Of a stretch of DNA of 64,000 bases, positions 26,405-36,230 are shown one piece after another. Position 1 is the stretch's first letter, and each line of letters starts with the position of its first letter. The stretch is taken from NCBI GenBank assembly GCA_046590575.1, contig JBKJUS010000012.1, positions 24,222-88,221 on the forward strand. Reading direction: 5' to 3'. Below the pieces are notes generated by a model. It saw only the letters and a program-made list of their open reading frames with translations. It was not told where the DNA came from and did no database searches. A program made the position numbers and the translations under genes. This DNA comes from Mycobacteriales bacterium (GTDB taxonomy: Bacteria; Actinomycetota; Actinomycetes; BP-191).

Positions 26405-27913
26405 ATGGAAGACACCCATCTCCTTTTCGTCGACGGGGCCCTGTGCCCTGCCGCCTCCGGCGCGACCTTTGTCTCGCGCGACCCATCGACCGGCGAGGCG
26501 GTCGGCGTCTTCGCCGACGCCGGAGCCGACGACGCCGAGCGGGCGATCGCCGCCGCGCGCCGGGCGTTCGACAGCAGCGACTGGGCGACGCAGGGCCGCG
26601 ATTCACGTATTCGCGCCGTCCGTGCCTTCGTCGAGGGCATCACCGCGCGGCTGCCCGACTTCATCGAGATGGAGATCCGCGACGCCGGGCACACCGCCCG
26701 GCTGGCCAACCTCTTCACCGTGCCGCTCGCGGTGGAGCATGCACGCCAGCAGATCGAGCTTTACGAGCAGATGCGTGAGATCGAGGCGCTTCCGCTCATC
26801 ACCACACCCTCGACGAGCTGGAACTACGTACGCCGGGAGCCGCTCGGCGTCGTCAGCGCGATCAGCCCGTTCAACTTTCCGCTGCTCATCGCCATGTGGA
26901 AGATCGCCCCCGCCTTGGTGACCGGCTGCACCGTCGTCCTCAAGCCTTCGCCCTACACGCCGGGCACGGCCGCTCTCCTCGGCGAAGTGGCCGCGGCGTC
27001 CGACCTGCCGCCGGGTGTCCTCAACGTGCTGACTTCGACATCAATCGGCGTCGGCGAGGTGATGAGTGCGAGCCCGCTCGTCGACAAGGTCGCCTTCACT
27101 GGCTCGACCGAGGTCGGCAAGCGAATCATGCGCAGCGGCGCCGACACAGTGAAGCACCTGACCCTTGAGCTGGGTGGCAAGGGCGCCACCATCCTGCTCG
27201 ACGACGCCGACCTCGACGTCGCAGTCGCCGGCGCGGCATGGGGCTTCCTCATGCACCAGGGTCAGGCCTGCGAGTCGGGCACGCGACTGCTCGTGCCGCG
27301 GTCGTCGTACGACGAGGTGCTCGACCGGCTGGTCGCCACCGTCGAGTCTCTGAGCGTGGGGCCGGCTGCCGACTTCTCCTCCGACCTTGGGCCGTTAGTC
27401 AACGCCGCTCAGGTCGAGCGGGTGCAGCGCTACGTCAAGCTTGGCTTGGACCAGGGCGCCCGGTTGGTCACCGGCGGCACGGTGCTGGCCGAGGGCGAGC
27501 ACAGTCGGGGCCACTTCCACGCCCCCACCGTCTTTGCCGACGTCACCAACGACATGACGATCGCCCAGGAGGAGATCTTCGGACCGGTCCTGTCCGTCAT
27601 CCCTTACGCGACCGAGGGCGAGGCCGTCGCAATCGCCAACGACTCGCCGTACGGCCTGGCCGGGTCGGTCTGGTCTCGCGACGTGCCACGTGCGATCACG
27701 GTCGCCCACCGGATCCGCAGCGGCACGGTGTGGGTCAACGACGTGCATCTGCTCAACGGGTACGCGCCTTTCGGCGGCTACAAGCAGTCCGGCGTCGGCC
27801 GTGAGCTCGGACCGGCCGGTCCGGACGGCTACCTCCAGATCAAGCACGTGCATGTCGACCAGTCCCCGTCGCTGGCGCAGAAGTTCTGGTACGGCGTCAT
27901 CGGCCTCGAGTAG
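26405..27913 (+). CDS. Aldehyde dehydrogenase
   Basis: SPFNFP, FTGSTEVG, LELGGKG, GQACESG, EEIFGPV, PFGGYKQSG; AAGGAG RBS. Confidence 0.95.
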   Translation: MEDTHLLFVDGALCPAASGATFVSRDPSTGEAVGVFADAGADDAERAIAAARRAFDSSDWATQGRDSRIRAVRAFVEGITARLPDFIEMEIRDAGHTARLANLFTVPLAVEHARQQIELYEQMREIEALPLITTPSTSWNYVRREPLGVVSAISPFNFPLLIAMWKIAPALVTGCTVVLKPSPYTPGTAALLGEVAAASDLPPGVLNVLTSTSIGVGEVMSASPLVDKVAFTGSTEVGKRIMRSGADTVKHLTLELGGKGATILLDDADLDVAVAGAAWGFLMHQGQACESGTRLLVPRSSYDEVLDRLVATVESLSVGPAADFSSDLGPLVNAAQVERVQRYVKLGLDQGARLVTGGTVLAEGEHSRGHFHAPTVFADVTNDMTIAQEEIFGPVLSVIPYATEGEAVAIANDSPYGLAGSVWSRDVPRAITVAHRIRSGTVWVNDVHLLNGYAPFGGYKQSGVGRELGPAGPDGYLQIKHVHVDQSPSLAQKFWYGVIGLE

Positions 27914-27957
27914 CGCGGCCCGTCGGCCGCCGAAATCCTTGATTGTGAAACGACAGG

Positions 27958-28758
27958 CTACGGCGAGCGGGTGGGTGAGGGCGTTGGGCTGGCAATCACC
28001 GGCGCCGAAGTCGGCGAGGGCGTCGGGCGCGCCGGGATGACGACGGTGAGGGTACGCCGCGCGTTCTCCTCCGGTGTGCCGTCGCACGGACGTGCGGTGT
28101 TGGCCGTGACGACGACCGTGAAGGTGCCCGCTGCCTCGTAGGGGTGCGTCACCGTGAACGTCTTGTCGATCGGCTGAGCCCGGTATCCGGGAGCAGGCGA
28201 CGACGGCGTGGTCCGGCAGCTTGCGGGGGGGCGCCGGGAGTACACCTGATTCGTGCCGTCGCCAAAGTTGATGCTGCCGTCGACCTCACTGCCGTCGTTG
28301 TCGCGCACCCGGATGCGGAAACGCACCGCGGGCGGGTCGCCGCTGATCGGCTCGCCGACCACGTCGAGGGTCAGGCCTTTCGCTGGGAAGCCGCCACCCG
28401 ACGACCGCGTCGGGGTGGCGGTCGGCGTGGCACTCGGCGCTCGCGCGGGTGCCGGGCTGGCCGTCGTCGACGGCGTGCCCACCGGCGTCGGCATCGACGT
28501 CGGAGCGACCGACGCTGTGGGGACAACCGCTCCGCTCGGGCTCGGCGCGCTGGTGGGACTCGGCGTCACCGGGTCTGCTGCAGTCGGGCTCGGCGACACC
28601 GATGGGGCGCTGGTCGTCGTCGCGTCGTCGTCGTCGTTGGCCACGACGTACGCCGTGCCGACTCCTGCACCCAGGACCAGGACGATGGCGGCCACAAGCC
28701 ACGGCCAGCGGGGACGCGACCGGGTCACCCCGTCGTCACCGACGTGGACGAAGCTCAT
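27958..28758 (-). CDS. Single-TM protein with Pro/Ser/Thr linker and PKD-like Ig domain
   Basis: TM helix; INFGDG...HPYEAAGTFTVVV PKD-like pattern; GAGGGGG RBS. Confidence 0.7.
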   Translation of the reverse strand: MSFVHVGDDGVTRSRPRWPWLVAAIVLVLGAGVGTAYVVANDDDDATTTSAPSVSPSPTAADPVTPSPTSAPSPSGAVVPTASVAPTSMPTPVGTPSTTASPAPARAPSATPTATPTRSSGGGFPAKGLTLDVVGEPISGDPPAVRFRIRVRDNDGSEVDGSINFGDGTNQVYSRRPPASCRTTPSSPAPGYRAQPIDKTFTVTHPYEAAGTFTVVVTANTARPCDGTPEENARRTLTVVIPARPTPSPTSAPVIASPTPSPTRSP

Positions 28759-28921
28759 GAATCCCCCTCGACGTAATGGTCCTGACGTTGCGCATTCTGC
28801 ACGTGCGCGGCCGATTCGGCGGGCAAACTGACAGACGACCCGCCGGAGCCGCTGGCGGTGGCCACGGCACCGGCCGCCACGGGCGCCGTAGGACATGCCG
28901 CCGAGAAGTAAGGTCCAGCAC

Positions 28922-29680
28922 ATGCTGATCGGTGCCCATGTCGACCCCCTGGACCCCCTGACCGAGGCGAAAGCGCGCGACGCCGATCTCGTGCAGATCT
29001 TCCTGGCCGACCCGCAGGGCTGGGCGAAGCCGGCGCCACGCGCTGACGCGGAGGCGCTGCGAGACAGTGAGATCGCCGTCTACGTGCACGCGCCGTACAT
29101 CGTCAACGTTGCGACGACCAACAACAAGATCCGCATCCCGAGCCGCAAGATCCTGCAGCAGCACTGCGACGCCGCAGCGACCGTCGGAGCTGTCGGCGTG
29201 ATCGTGCACGGCGGCCATGTCGGCGACGAGAGCGAGATCGAGACCGGGCTCGACAACTGGCGGAAGACCTTTGAGCGGCTCGAGTCATCAGTGCCGGTGC
29301 TCATCGAGAACACCGCCGGCGGTAACCACGCGATGGCCCGGCGCTTCGACACGCTCGCCCGACTGTGGGAGACGCTCGACGGCTACGACGTCGGCTTCTG
29401 CCTCGACACCTGCCACGCGCACGCCGGCGGCGAAGCGCTCGTCGGCGTCGTCGAGCGGGTCCTCGCCATCACCGGCCGGATCGACCTGGTGCACGCCAAC
29501 GACTCCAAAGACCCGGCCAACTCTGGCCGCGACCGGCACGAGAACTTCGGCAGCGGCCAGATCGACCCCGACGTACTGGTCTCGGTCGTCCGTACAGCGG
29601 GCGCACCCGTCGTCTGCGAGACGCCAGGCGGAGTCGACGGGCAGGCCGCCGACATCGCCTTTCTCCGCGACCGCCTTTAA
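28922..29680 (+). CDS. nfo: Endonuclease IV
   Basis: IGAHV, VHAPY.VN, ENTAGG, CLDTCH, HANDS, DRHEN motifs. Confidence 0.93.
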   Translation: MLIGAHVDPLDPLTEAKARDADLVQIFLADPQGWAKPAPRADAEALRDSEIAVYVHAPYIVNVATTNNKIRIPSRKILQQHCDAAATVGAVGVIVHGGHVGDESEIETGLDNWRKTFERLESSVPVLIENTAGGNHAMARRFDTLARLWETLDGYDVGFCLDTCHAHAGGEALVGVVERVLAITGRIDLVHANDSKDPANSGRDRHENFGSGQIDPDVLVSVVRTAGAPVVCETPGGVDGQAADIAFLRDRL

Positions 29681-29684
29681 CGGG

Positions 29685-30959
29685 TCAGGCGTCCGCCCTC
29701 GATCCTCGAGCTGGGCGTGCGAGCCGAACGTCGCGGCGGATCGTGCCATCGAGGTCACGCCAGGTGCCCGGACCGAGCTCGACCCGCGATGGCGTAGGTC
29801 GCTGTTCATGGGCGCGACCCACGACCGGTGCCATGGCCACGGGGGTGCGCTCCCGAGCGAGGATCGAGGAGGGCCCGATGGCGACGGCGTGCTCGGCGTC
29901 GAAGGCAGCGAGGTCGCCGCTCCCGGGGAAGTAGGCGACATGAAGCGAGGTCTCCTCGACCCATGCGGCCCCGGCGTCATCGGATCGGAAGATGCCAGTA
30001 CCATTGAGCGACGCGAAGCAGCGCGCACCGACGCAGTCGAGACCGTCCAGAGTGGTGTCCGAACTGGCGACCGATCCGGCATCGGCGAATCGTCGACCCC
30101 CGTCGTTGCTCGTGAAGATCTCTCCGTCGGAGCGGCCCACCACAACCCGTTGCCCGCCGGCCCACGCCACCGAGGTGCACCGAGGACGGCAGGTAAGAGC
30201 ACGCCGCCAGGTGCGACCGCCGTCACTCGTCGCGTAGACGCCGCCCGAGACGGAGGTGCCCGAGTAGCCGCACGAGTGGTCTTCCTCGACGGTCGCCGAG
30301 TAGCTGAACTCGCTCACCAACGCGACACCACGCCGGGCGTCGGCGAACCGCACCTCGTCGACCTTCCCGCCGGCATGAGGGATGTCGGTGCGCCGCCAAC
30401 GGACGCCGTCAGTCGAGACGAGCAGCGGCGTCGTCGGCAACACGTAAGCGCACAAGCCGACTACCTCGGAGCCGGTGCGCGCATACCAGAGCGCGCCTCC
30501 GGTCCGCTCGAGCCCCTCGGCGTACTCGAAGACCTCGCTGCTGGTGACGGACGGCGCTGCCACACGTGACCAGCTGACGCCGCCGTCCGTCGTGCGGGAC
30601 AGCGCGGTGCCGTTCGCGCCGTAGGCAGACGTCTCACTCTGCGGCGCGACGAAGGTGCGCGACGTGCCGCCAATAACCGGGCCGGAGTAAGGCAGGGGCA
30701 CGCCAGGGACCGGCGCCGTCACCAGGGTCACCGGCGTCCAGGTGTGGCCGAAGTCGGTGGTCTTCGCGATTCGGTTGTTCTCGAGAACGGCCCACGCCAC
30801 GCCTCCCGGCAGCGCTGCGAGGGCATGCTCCGCCTGCTGCTGGACCGGGTGCGTGCCAACCCAGGCCGGGATGGGCGCGGCCGAGCCCGCGGTAGCAGTG
30901 GCGATCAGACCAACCAGGCAGAGCAGCGCCGGTCGGCCCACCGGACAGGGGCGTTGCAT
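29685..30959 (-). CDS. Secreted BNR-repeat (YCF48-like) propeller protein
   Basis: Signal peptide; TTDFGHTW, TTDGGVSW, TSDGGRTW, SNDGGRRF, SDDAGAAW. Confidence 0.78.
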   Translation of the reverse strand: MQRPCPVGRPALLCLVGLIATATAGSAAPIPAWVGTHPVQQQAEHALAALPGGVAWAVLENNRIAKTTDFGHTWTPVTLVTAPVPGVPLPYSGPVIGGTSRTFVAPQSETSAYGANGTALSRTTDGGVSWSRVAAPSVTSSEVFEYAEGLERTGGALWYARTGSEVVGLCAYVLPTTPLLVSTDGVRWRRTDIPHAGGKVDEVRFADARRGVALVSEFSYSATVEEDHSCGYSGTSVSGGVYATSDGGRTWRRALTCRPRCTSVAWAGGQRVVVGRSDGEIFTSNDGGRRFADAGSVASSDTTLDGLDCVGARCFASLNGTGIFRSDDAGAAWVEETSLHVAYFPGSGDLAAFDAEHAVAIGPSSILARERTPVAMAPVVGRAHEQRPTPSRVELGPGTWRDLDGTIRRDVRLARPARGSRADA

Positions 30960-31122
30960 GAGCGAGATCTTCGAGCCGACCGTCAAATCTCCTGCCAGCA
31001 GGCTCAGAGTCAGCTGCGCCGACGCCGCACGGCATGCCGAGGGTCCGGACCCTGGAGGGCGCTCAGCTCATACCCGAAACATTTCTGCGCACCCGTCCTT
31101 GTCCGAGGCGTCCGCGACGGCG

Positions 31123-32547
31123 ATGATGCGAAACTCCCACCGACACATACCCCCGGGGATCTTGTTGCTCTCGCGCCGCGCCCTGCTCGCCGCTGCCCTG
31201 CTTGCCGCCCTGGTAGGTCCCGCGCTGCCCGGATTCGCAGCTGAGCCAGTGGTGGAGAGCACTGTCGTACGACGGACGCTCGACACCGCAGCGCGAGATG
31301 CCGACGGCGTCGTCACGACGCTGCCCCGGGGCACCCAGCTGGTCGGGGTCGCCTGGTCGACCGGAGTCGCCACCGTCGACGTGCGGTGGCAGACGCCGAG
31401 CGGTTGGACACCGTGGGTCACCGTCGACAGCGAGCCGGGCGCAGCACCGGGTGACGGCGGCGACCGGCGCGTCCGACCAGGCACGGAGCCGATCTGGCCC
31501 GCTCGGGGAGCGACTGCTGTCGGCGTACGGCTGCGCAGCGTCTCCAGCACGATGTCGCCGCAGCTGCTGATCGTCGGTGAGCGAACCAGGCGGTCATGGC
31601 GCGTCGCCCGGTCGGGCACCGCGGTTGCGGCGACGACCACTGGCGAGGAGCGACTCGGCCAGGTCGTGTCGCGACGCGAATGGGGTGCCAACGAGGCGAT
31701 CCGCAAACGGCCGACCTACCAGTCGCGGGTCGACGCGGTGGTCGTGCATCACACGGTCAACGCCAACGACTACACCGAGGCCGAAGCCCCGGCGATCATG
31801 CGCTCCATCTACGCCTTCCATGTGCGCGGCCGCGGGTACGACGACATCGCGTACAACATGCTCGTCGACCGCTTCGGGCGGCTCTTCGAGGGCCGTGCCG
31901 GTGGCTTCCGCAGCCGGGCGATCAAGGGCTCGCACACCGGTGGGTTCAACGTGCGCACCCTCGGCGTCGCCATGATCGGCGACCAGGACGCGGCCGCGCC
32001 GGCGGCACCCATGGCCGACGCCGTCGCCCGCGTTGCCTCCTGGGCGGCCGACACATGGCAGTTCGACCCCCGCGGCCAGACGACGCTGGTCTCCAAGGGC
32101 TCCAGCCGTTATCCCAGCGGCCAACGAGTGACCGTTCGACGGCTGCTCGGACACCGTGATCTCAGCAACACGGCATGCCCTGGCCGGTTCGCCTACCCGC
32201 TGCTGCCTGACCTGCGGGACCGGGCCTGGCGGCTGCTGGCGCCGGTCATCACCGATGTCGTGGTCGAAGGTGCTCCGGTTCGGTCCCCCGAGCCGCTGCG
32301 GATCTGGGCCCGGCTGACCGCGGCAGCAGCGTGGACGGTCACCGTCACGTCGCCCTACGGTGTGGTGGTCAGCTCCAGTGCGGGCCGCGGCACCACGCCG
32401 ATGCTGGAGTGGGATGGCCGCGTCGGCGGGTTCCCGGCCCTACCCGGCGAGTACGTCTGGACCACTGCCGCGGACGACGGCGTCCACGGCGCGTCGGAGC
32501 CGGTAAGCGGCACCGTGCTCGTCGGGCCGCCGGTGCTGTCTCGCTAA
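31123..32547 (+). CDS. Secreted PGRP-like amidase with C-terminal FlgD-like Ig domain
   Basis: SRREWGANE, VHHTV, DDIAYN, SHTGGFN, GHRDLSNTACPG; LEWDG...PGEY. Start codon uncertain. Confidence 0.87.
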   Translation: MMRNSHRHIPPGILLLSRRALLAAALLAALVGPALPGFAAEPVVESTVVRRTLDTAARDADGVVTTLPRGTQLVGVAWSTGVATVDVRWQTPSGWTPWVTVDSEPGAAPGDGGDRRVRPGTEPIWPARGATAVGVRLRSVSSTMSPQLLIVGERTRRSWRVARSGTAVAATTTGEERLGQVVSRREWGANEAIRKRPTYQSRVDAVVVHHTVNANDYTEAEAPAIMRSIYAFHVRGRGYDDIAYNMLVDRFGRLFEGRAGGFRSRAIKGSHTGGFNVRTLGVAMIGDQDAAAPAAPMADAVARVASWAADTWQFDPRGQTTLVSKGSSRYPSGQRVTVRRLLGHRDLSNTACPGRFAYPLLPDLRDRAWRLLAPVITDVVVEGAPVRSPEPLRIWARLTAAAAWTVTVTSPYGVVVSSSAGRGTTPMLEWDGRVGGFPALPGEYVWTTAADDGVHGASEPVSGTVLVGPPVLSR

Positions 32548-34292
32548 CGCGATCCGCGCCGGAGGTCCCAGATGAGCATTCCGCCGGACTCCAGCGGTGG
32601 CCGGCCGAGCACGCCGGTCAGGTAGCCGAGGAGCTCAGCCTGTTTGGGCGACGGACCAAGGATCACGTGCGTGGGATCCCAGTAGGCGAGATCTGCCGTC
32701 GCGTCAGCCAGGCTCCCTTGGTCCAGCGGAGGATAGGCGTCACCCTGGTGGATCTTGATCAGCGTGCTCTGGGTGCTGCGGTCGACCGGTGTGAAGAACG
32801 CTTTGCGATCGGCTCCTGGACCGATGTAGAACCCACCGACCATGCGAAACCGGAGGCCCGCCGCCATCTGCCAGCGCATCGGCTCGACGTTCTGCGGAGT
32901 GGGCACCGGCACGATCAGCACTGTGCTGCCGTCGGGGACCTGGCGTCGTACCTCGTCACCGAAATAGGTCGGCACCGGACTGACGCGCACACTCGACAGC
33001 GGCAGAGGGGACCCGAGGAGAAGTACGACGAGGACAGCAGTCAGCGGTGCGATCGAGACCGTCGGAGGGAACTTCGTCACGTGGTCGATGGCGAGGGCGA
33101 GGATGAGAGCGATCATCAGGTAGATCGCGAAAGGAAAGCGGATCGGCAACGCCGACTCGAAGACGGGCAACCGCGCGACGTAGTTCCACGGGAGCGTCAC
33201 GCCGGTCGCCTTGTTGTTCACGATCAGCGCGGGCCCCAGTGACAGCACTGCGGTCGCCACGGCCGCCCCCGCCGCGACCCGCACGAGCAACCGGCGGCGC
33301 AGCACGACGACCGCGGTGCCGACCACAAGGAGGAGGAGCCATCCCATCGCCGCGTTCTGCTCGGTAAGCCCGCCTCGCAGCGAGAGCGACGTCGCCTTGT
33401 CGGCGGCCGAGCCGAAGCGCTGCAGCGAGCTGGGCAACAGGTAGCTCTGCAGGTCGGTCGAGAACGCGTCGAAGAGGAACGGACTGCTCGTCACGCTTCC
33501 CGGCCCCGCAAACTGGACCCACAGCGGATAGCCGACCGCCACCAGGACGACGACCACCGCCAGCCCACCCCCCCGAAAGAGACGACCGGCGGCCCTCGGC
33601 ACGTCGAGCGGGCGGTGGAGGCCAGCGCACACGAGGGCGCCGACCGAGAGAACCGCGGCGATGAAGAGCCACTCTTCCCCGATGAAGATCTGGAGCACGG
33701 TGAGCCCAGCCAGCCGTAGCCCGACGGCGGTGGAGGAGCGGGTCGACGCCGCGAGGTCGTAGACCTGAAGCAAGATCAGCGGGACAAGGAAGGCCAGCGT
33801 CATGTGCAGGTGGCCCAGAGACTGGGCGACCATCGCCGGACAGAAGCCCACGACCAGCCCCCCGACAACGGCGGCGCCCGGGTTGTGCACGAAGCGGCGC
33901 AGGACCAGGTACGACGTCCACGCCGTGAGCGCTGGGCCGAGTGTCAGCAGGAAGACGAAGGACGTGGGCGCGCCGAAGATCATGGTGATCGGTGAAACCG
34001 CGATACCCGGCACGATGACCGAGGTGTTGGCCATCAAGTTGACCCCGCGAGGTGCGTTCATCAGGGTTGTGATCAGAGAGGCGTCGAAGTTGGCGAGCGC
34101 ATGGGCGGTGCGCGCCAGGAACCACTCGAAGAGCACCTCGTCGTGGGGGTTGCCGGCGAGCGAGCGCTCCGACGGGTTCGACCACATCGCGTGCGTCAGC
34201 CCGAAGGCAAGTGCCCAGTAGCCGACGAAGGCGCCTACCGGCCAGGAGACCAGGTGGCTTCGGCGCGCCCACAGCTCCCGCGGCGACGACAC
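32544..34292 (-). CDS. Polytopic GT-C-type membrane glycosyltransferase
   Basis: About 12 TM helices, acidic residue in the first loop (HDEVLFEW), NAPRGVNLMANT; divergent from a GT2-gtrA operon. Confidence 0.7.
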   Translation of the reverse strand: MSSPRELWARRSHLVSWPVGAFVGYWALAFGLTHAMWSNPSERSLAGNPHDEVLFEWFLARTAHALANFDASLITTLMNAPRGVNLMANTSVIVPGIAVSPITMIFGAPTSFVFLLTLGPALTAWTSYLVLRRFVHNPGAAVVGGLVVGFCPAMVAQSLGHLHMTLAFLVPLILLQVYDLAASTRSSTAVGLRLAGLTVLQIFIGEEWLFIAAVLSVGALVCAGLHRPLDVPRAAGRLFRGGGLAVVVVLVAVGYPLWVQFAGPGSVTSSPFLFDAFSTDLQSYLLPSSLQRFGSAADKATSLSLRGGLTEQNAAMGWLLLLVVGTAVVVLRRRLLVRVAAGAAVATAVLSLGPALIVNNKATGVTLPWNYVARLPVFESALPIRFPFAIYLMIALILALAIDHVTKFPPTVSIAPLTAVLVVLLLGSPLPLSSVRVSPVPTYFGDEVRRQVPDGSTVLIVPVPTPQNVEPMRWQMAAGLRFRMVGGFYIGPGADRKAFFTPVDRSTQSTLIKIHQGDAYPPLDQGSLADATADLAYWDPTHVILGPSPKQAELLGYLTGVLGRPPLESGGMLIWDLRRGSR

Positions 34293-34352
34293 AGAGGCAG
34301 GCTCTCACAGCGCCTATGCTCGCTGCTCGACGTCGACCGACAGGGCGTGATC

Positions 34353-35033
34353 GTGAAGCTGTCCATCTTGATGCCCGTCTACAACGAGGCCGCCACCTTG
34401 AGCACCGCGATCAAGCGGGTGATCGACGTCGGCTACCCGTGCGACATCGAGCTGGTGATCGTCGACGACGGCAGCTTCGACGCCACCCCCTCGATCCTCG
34501 TAGCGCTCGACGACAGCCGGATCGTCGTCCGCACCCACTCCCGTAACCGCGGCAAGGGCGCGGCCATCCGCACCGCCGTTGAAACGGCCACAGGCGACTT
34601 CCTGGTCATCTGCGACGCAGACTTGGAGTACTCCCCCGAGGAGATCCCGCGCCTCCTTGAGCCGATCCTGCGGGGCGACAGCAACGTTGTCTACGGCACC
34701 CGCTCGTTCGGCAGCAGCACAGCGTTCTCGTTCTGGTACGTGCTGGGCAACAAGGCCGTGACCTTGTGGGCCAACATGCTCTTCAACTCCTGGATTTCCG
34801 ACCTCGAGACCTGCTTCAAACTCATGCCACTGAGCCTTTACCGCTCCCTCGACATCCGCTCTGCCGGTTTCGGCATGGAGGCCGAAGTCACCGGCAAGCT
34901 TCTCCGCCAGGGCATCCGGCCCTTCGAGGTGCCGATCAGCTACAAAGCCCGCGGCCGCGAGGAGGGCAAGAAGCTCACCTGGCGCGACGGCGTCGAAGCC
35001 CTCTGGATCCTGCTGCGACTGCGGCTGCGCTGA
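34353..35033 (+). CDS. GT2 polyprenol-phosphate glycosyltransferase (DPM1-like)
   Basis: PVYNE, VDDGS, NRGKGAA, DADLEY, DLETCFK. Confidence 0.9.
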   Translation: MKLSILMPVYNEAATLSTAIKRVIDVGYPCDIELVIVDDGSFDATPSILVALDDSRIVVRTHSRNRGKGAAIRTAVETATGDFLVICDADLEYSPEEIPRLLEPILRGDSNVVYGTRSFGSSTAFSFWYVLGNKAVTLWANMLFNSWISDLETCFKLMPLSLYRSLDIRSAGFGMEAEVTGKLLRQGIRPFEVPISYKARGREEGKKLTWRDGVEALWILLRLRLR

Positions 35034-35061
35034 CTTGTTCGACAGCGCTTAGGCTGTCTCG

Positions 35062-35490
35062 GTGCAGACCGACCAGTCAGCGGTGCCCGCAGCGCCGATC
35101 CGGCAGAGCCGGCTCCCGGCGTTCGCGCAGTCCAGCCTAGCCCGCTATCTCCTGGTGGGCGGCCTGAGCTTCGGTGTCGATGCGGGCCTGCTCATCGCTC
35201 TCCGCGAAGGGGCTGATGCTCCGCTACTGGTCGCGGCCAGCATTGCCTTCTGGTCGGCGCTTGCCTTCAATTTCACCCTCAACCGGCTGTGGTCTTTCGG
35301 GGGCCGCGCGGACGTGAAGATCTCGTTCGCGAAGTACCTCAGCCTCGTCGCAGGCAACTACCTCGGCGCCCTCGCGATTCTGTCCATTGGAACTGGGATC
35401 GGCTTCAACTACGTGCTCGTCAAAGCCGGCGCGGCCGGGACGGCGGTCTGCTGGAACTATCTCGCCTACCGGTTCTGGGTCTTCCGGTGA
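35062..35490 (+). CDS. GtrA-family flippase-like protein
   Basis: Four TM helices, NFTLNRLWSF and WNYLAYRFWVF. Confidence 0.88.
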   Translation: MQTDQSAVPAAPIRQSRLPAFAQSSLARYLLVGGLSFGVDAGLLIALREGADAPLLVAASIAFWSALAFNFTLNRLWSFGGRADVKISFAKYLSLVAGNYLGALAILSIGTGIGFNYVLVKAGAAGTAVCWNYLAYRFWVFR

Positions 35491-36230
35491 GGGTGTCCGT
35501 CGTCGTCCCCGCGTTCAACGAGGAAGCGGTCATCGGCGACGCCGTCCGTCGGCTGCACGACTTCTGGACCGCCGGTGTAGACGGTGGCGAGGTCGAGATC
35601 GTCGTGGTGGACGACGGCAGCACCGATGCAACCGCGCAGCAGGTGCGCGGTCTGGCCCTCCCACGTGTGCGACTCGTGCAGCAGCCCAACGGCGGGAAGG
35701 GAGCGGCCGTCCGCGCCGGGGTGGCCGTGTCGACCGGGGACGTCGTCTACTTCATCGACGCCGATCTCCCCTATGCGCTCGACAACCAGAGAGCGGCAGT
35801 CGAACTGATCGAATCGGGCGCGCGCGCTGCCGTCGGCTCACGCCGAGTCGCTGGGGCGCATGCCGCGGACTATCCGTTCGCGCGACGGGCGTTCTCGTGG
35901 TCGCTCAAGGTGCTGATGCGCATCCTGCTCGGGCTGCGAGTTTCCGATACGCAATGCGGCCTGAAGGCCTTCGAGGGCGATCTCGCGCGGCAGGTGTTCT
36001 CGGGACTGCGGGTCACCGGATTCGGCTTCGACCTCGAGCTGCTCGTCATCCTGCAACGCAACGCCGTCGACGTACAGGAGCTGCCGGTGGACCTCCAACA
36101 CACCGCGCGGACGAGCGTGTCATTGGTCCGCGACTCGGCGCGCATCTTGGCCAACATGGCATCGCTGAAGTGGGGCGTCGTCCGCGGCCGCTACGACGGA
36201 CGGCTGACCGTCCCGACGACTGCCTCGTGA
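35487..36230 (+). CDS. GT2 polyprenol-phosphate glycosyltransferase (ALG5-like)
   Basis: PAFNE, DDGSTD, GKGAAV, DADL, DTQCGLKAF, GFGFDLE; GTGA overlap with gtrA-like gene. Confidence 0.9.
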   Translation: MRVSVVVPAFNEEAVIGDAVRRLHDFWTAGVDGGEVEIVVVDDGSTDATAQQVRGLALPRVRLVQQPNGGKGAAVRAGVAVSTGDVVYFIDADLPYALDNQRAAVELIESGARAAVGSRRVAGAHAADYPFARRAFSWSLKVLMRILLGLRVSDTQCGLKAFEGDLARQVFSGLRVTGFGFDLELLVILQRNAVDVQELPVDLQHTARTSVSLVRDSARILANMASLKWGVVRGRYDGRLTVPTTAS

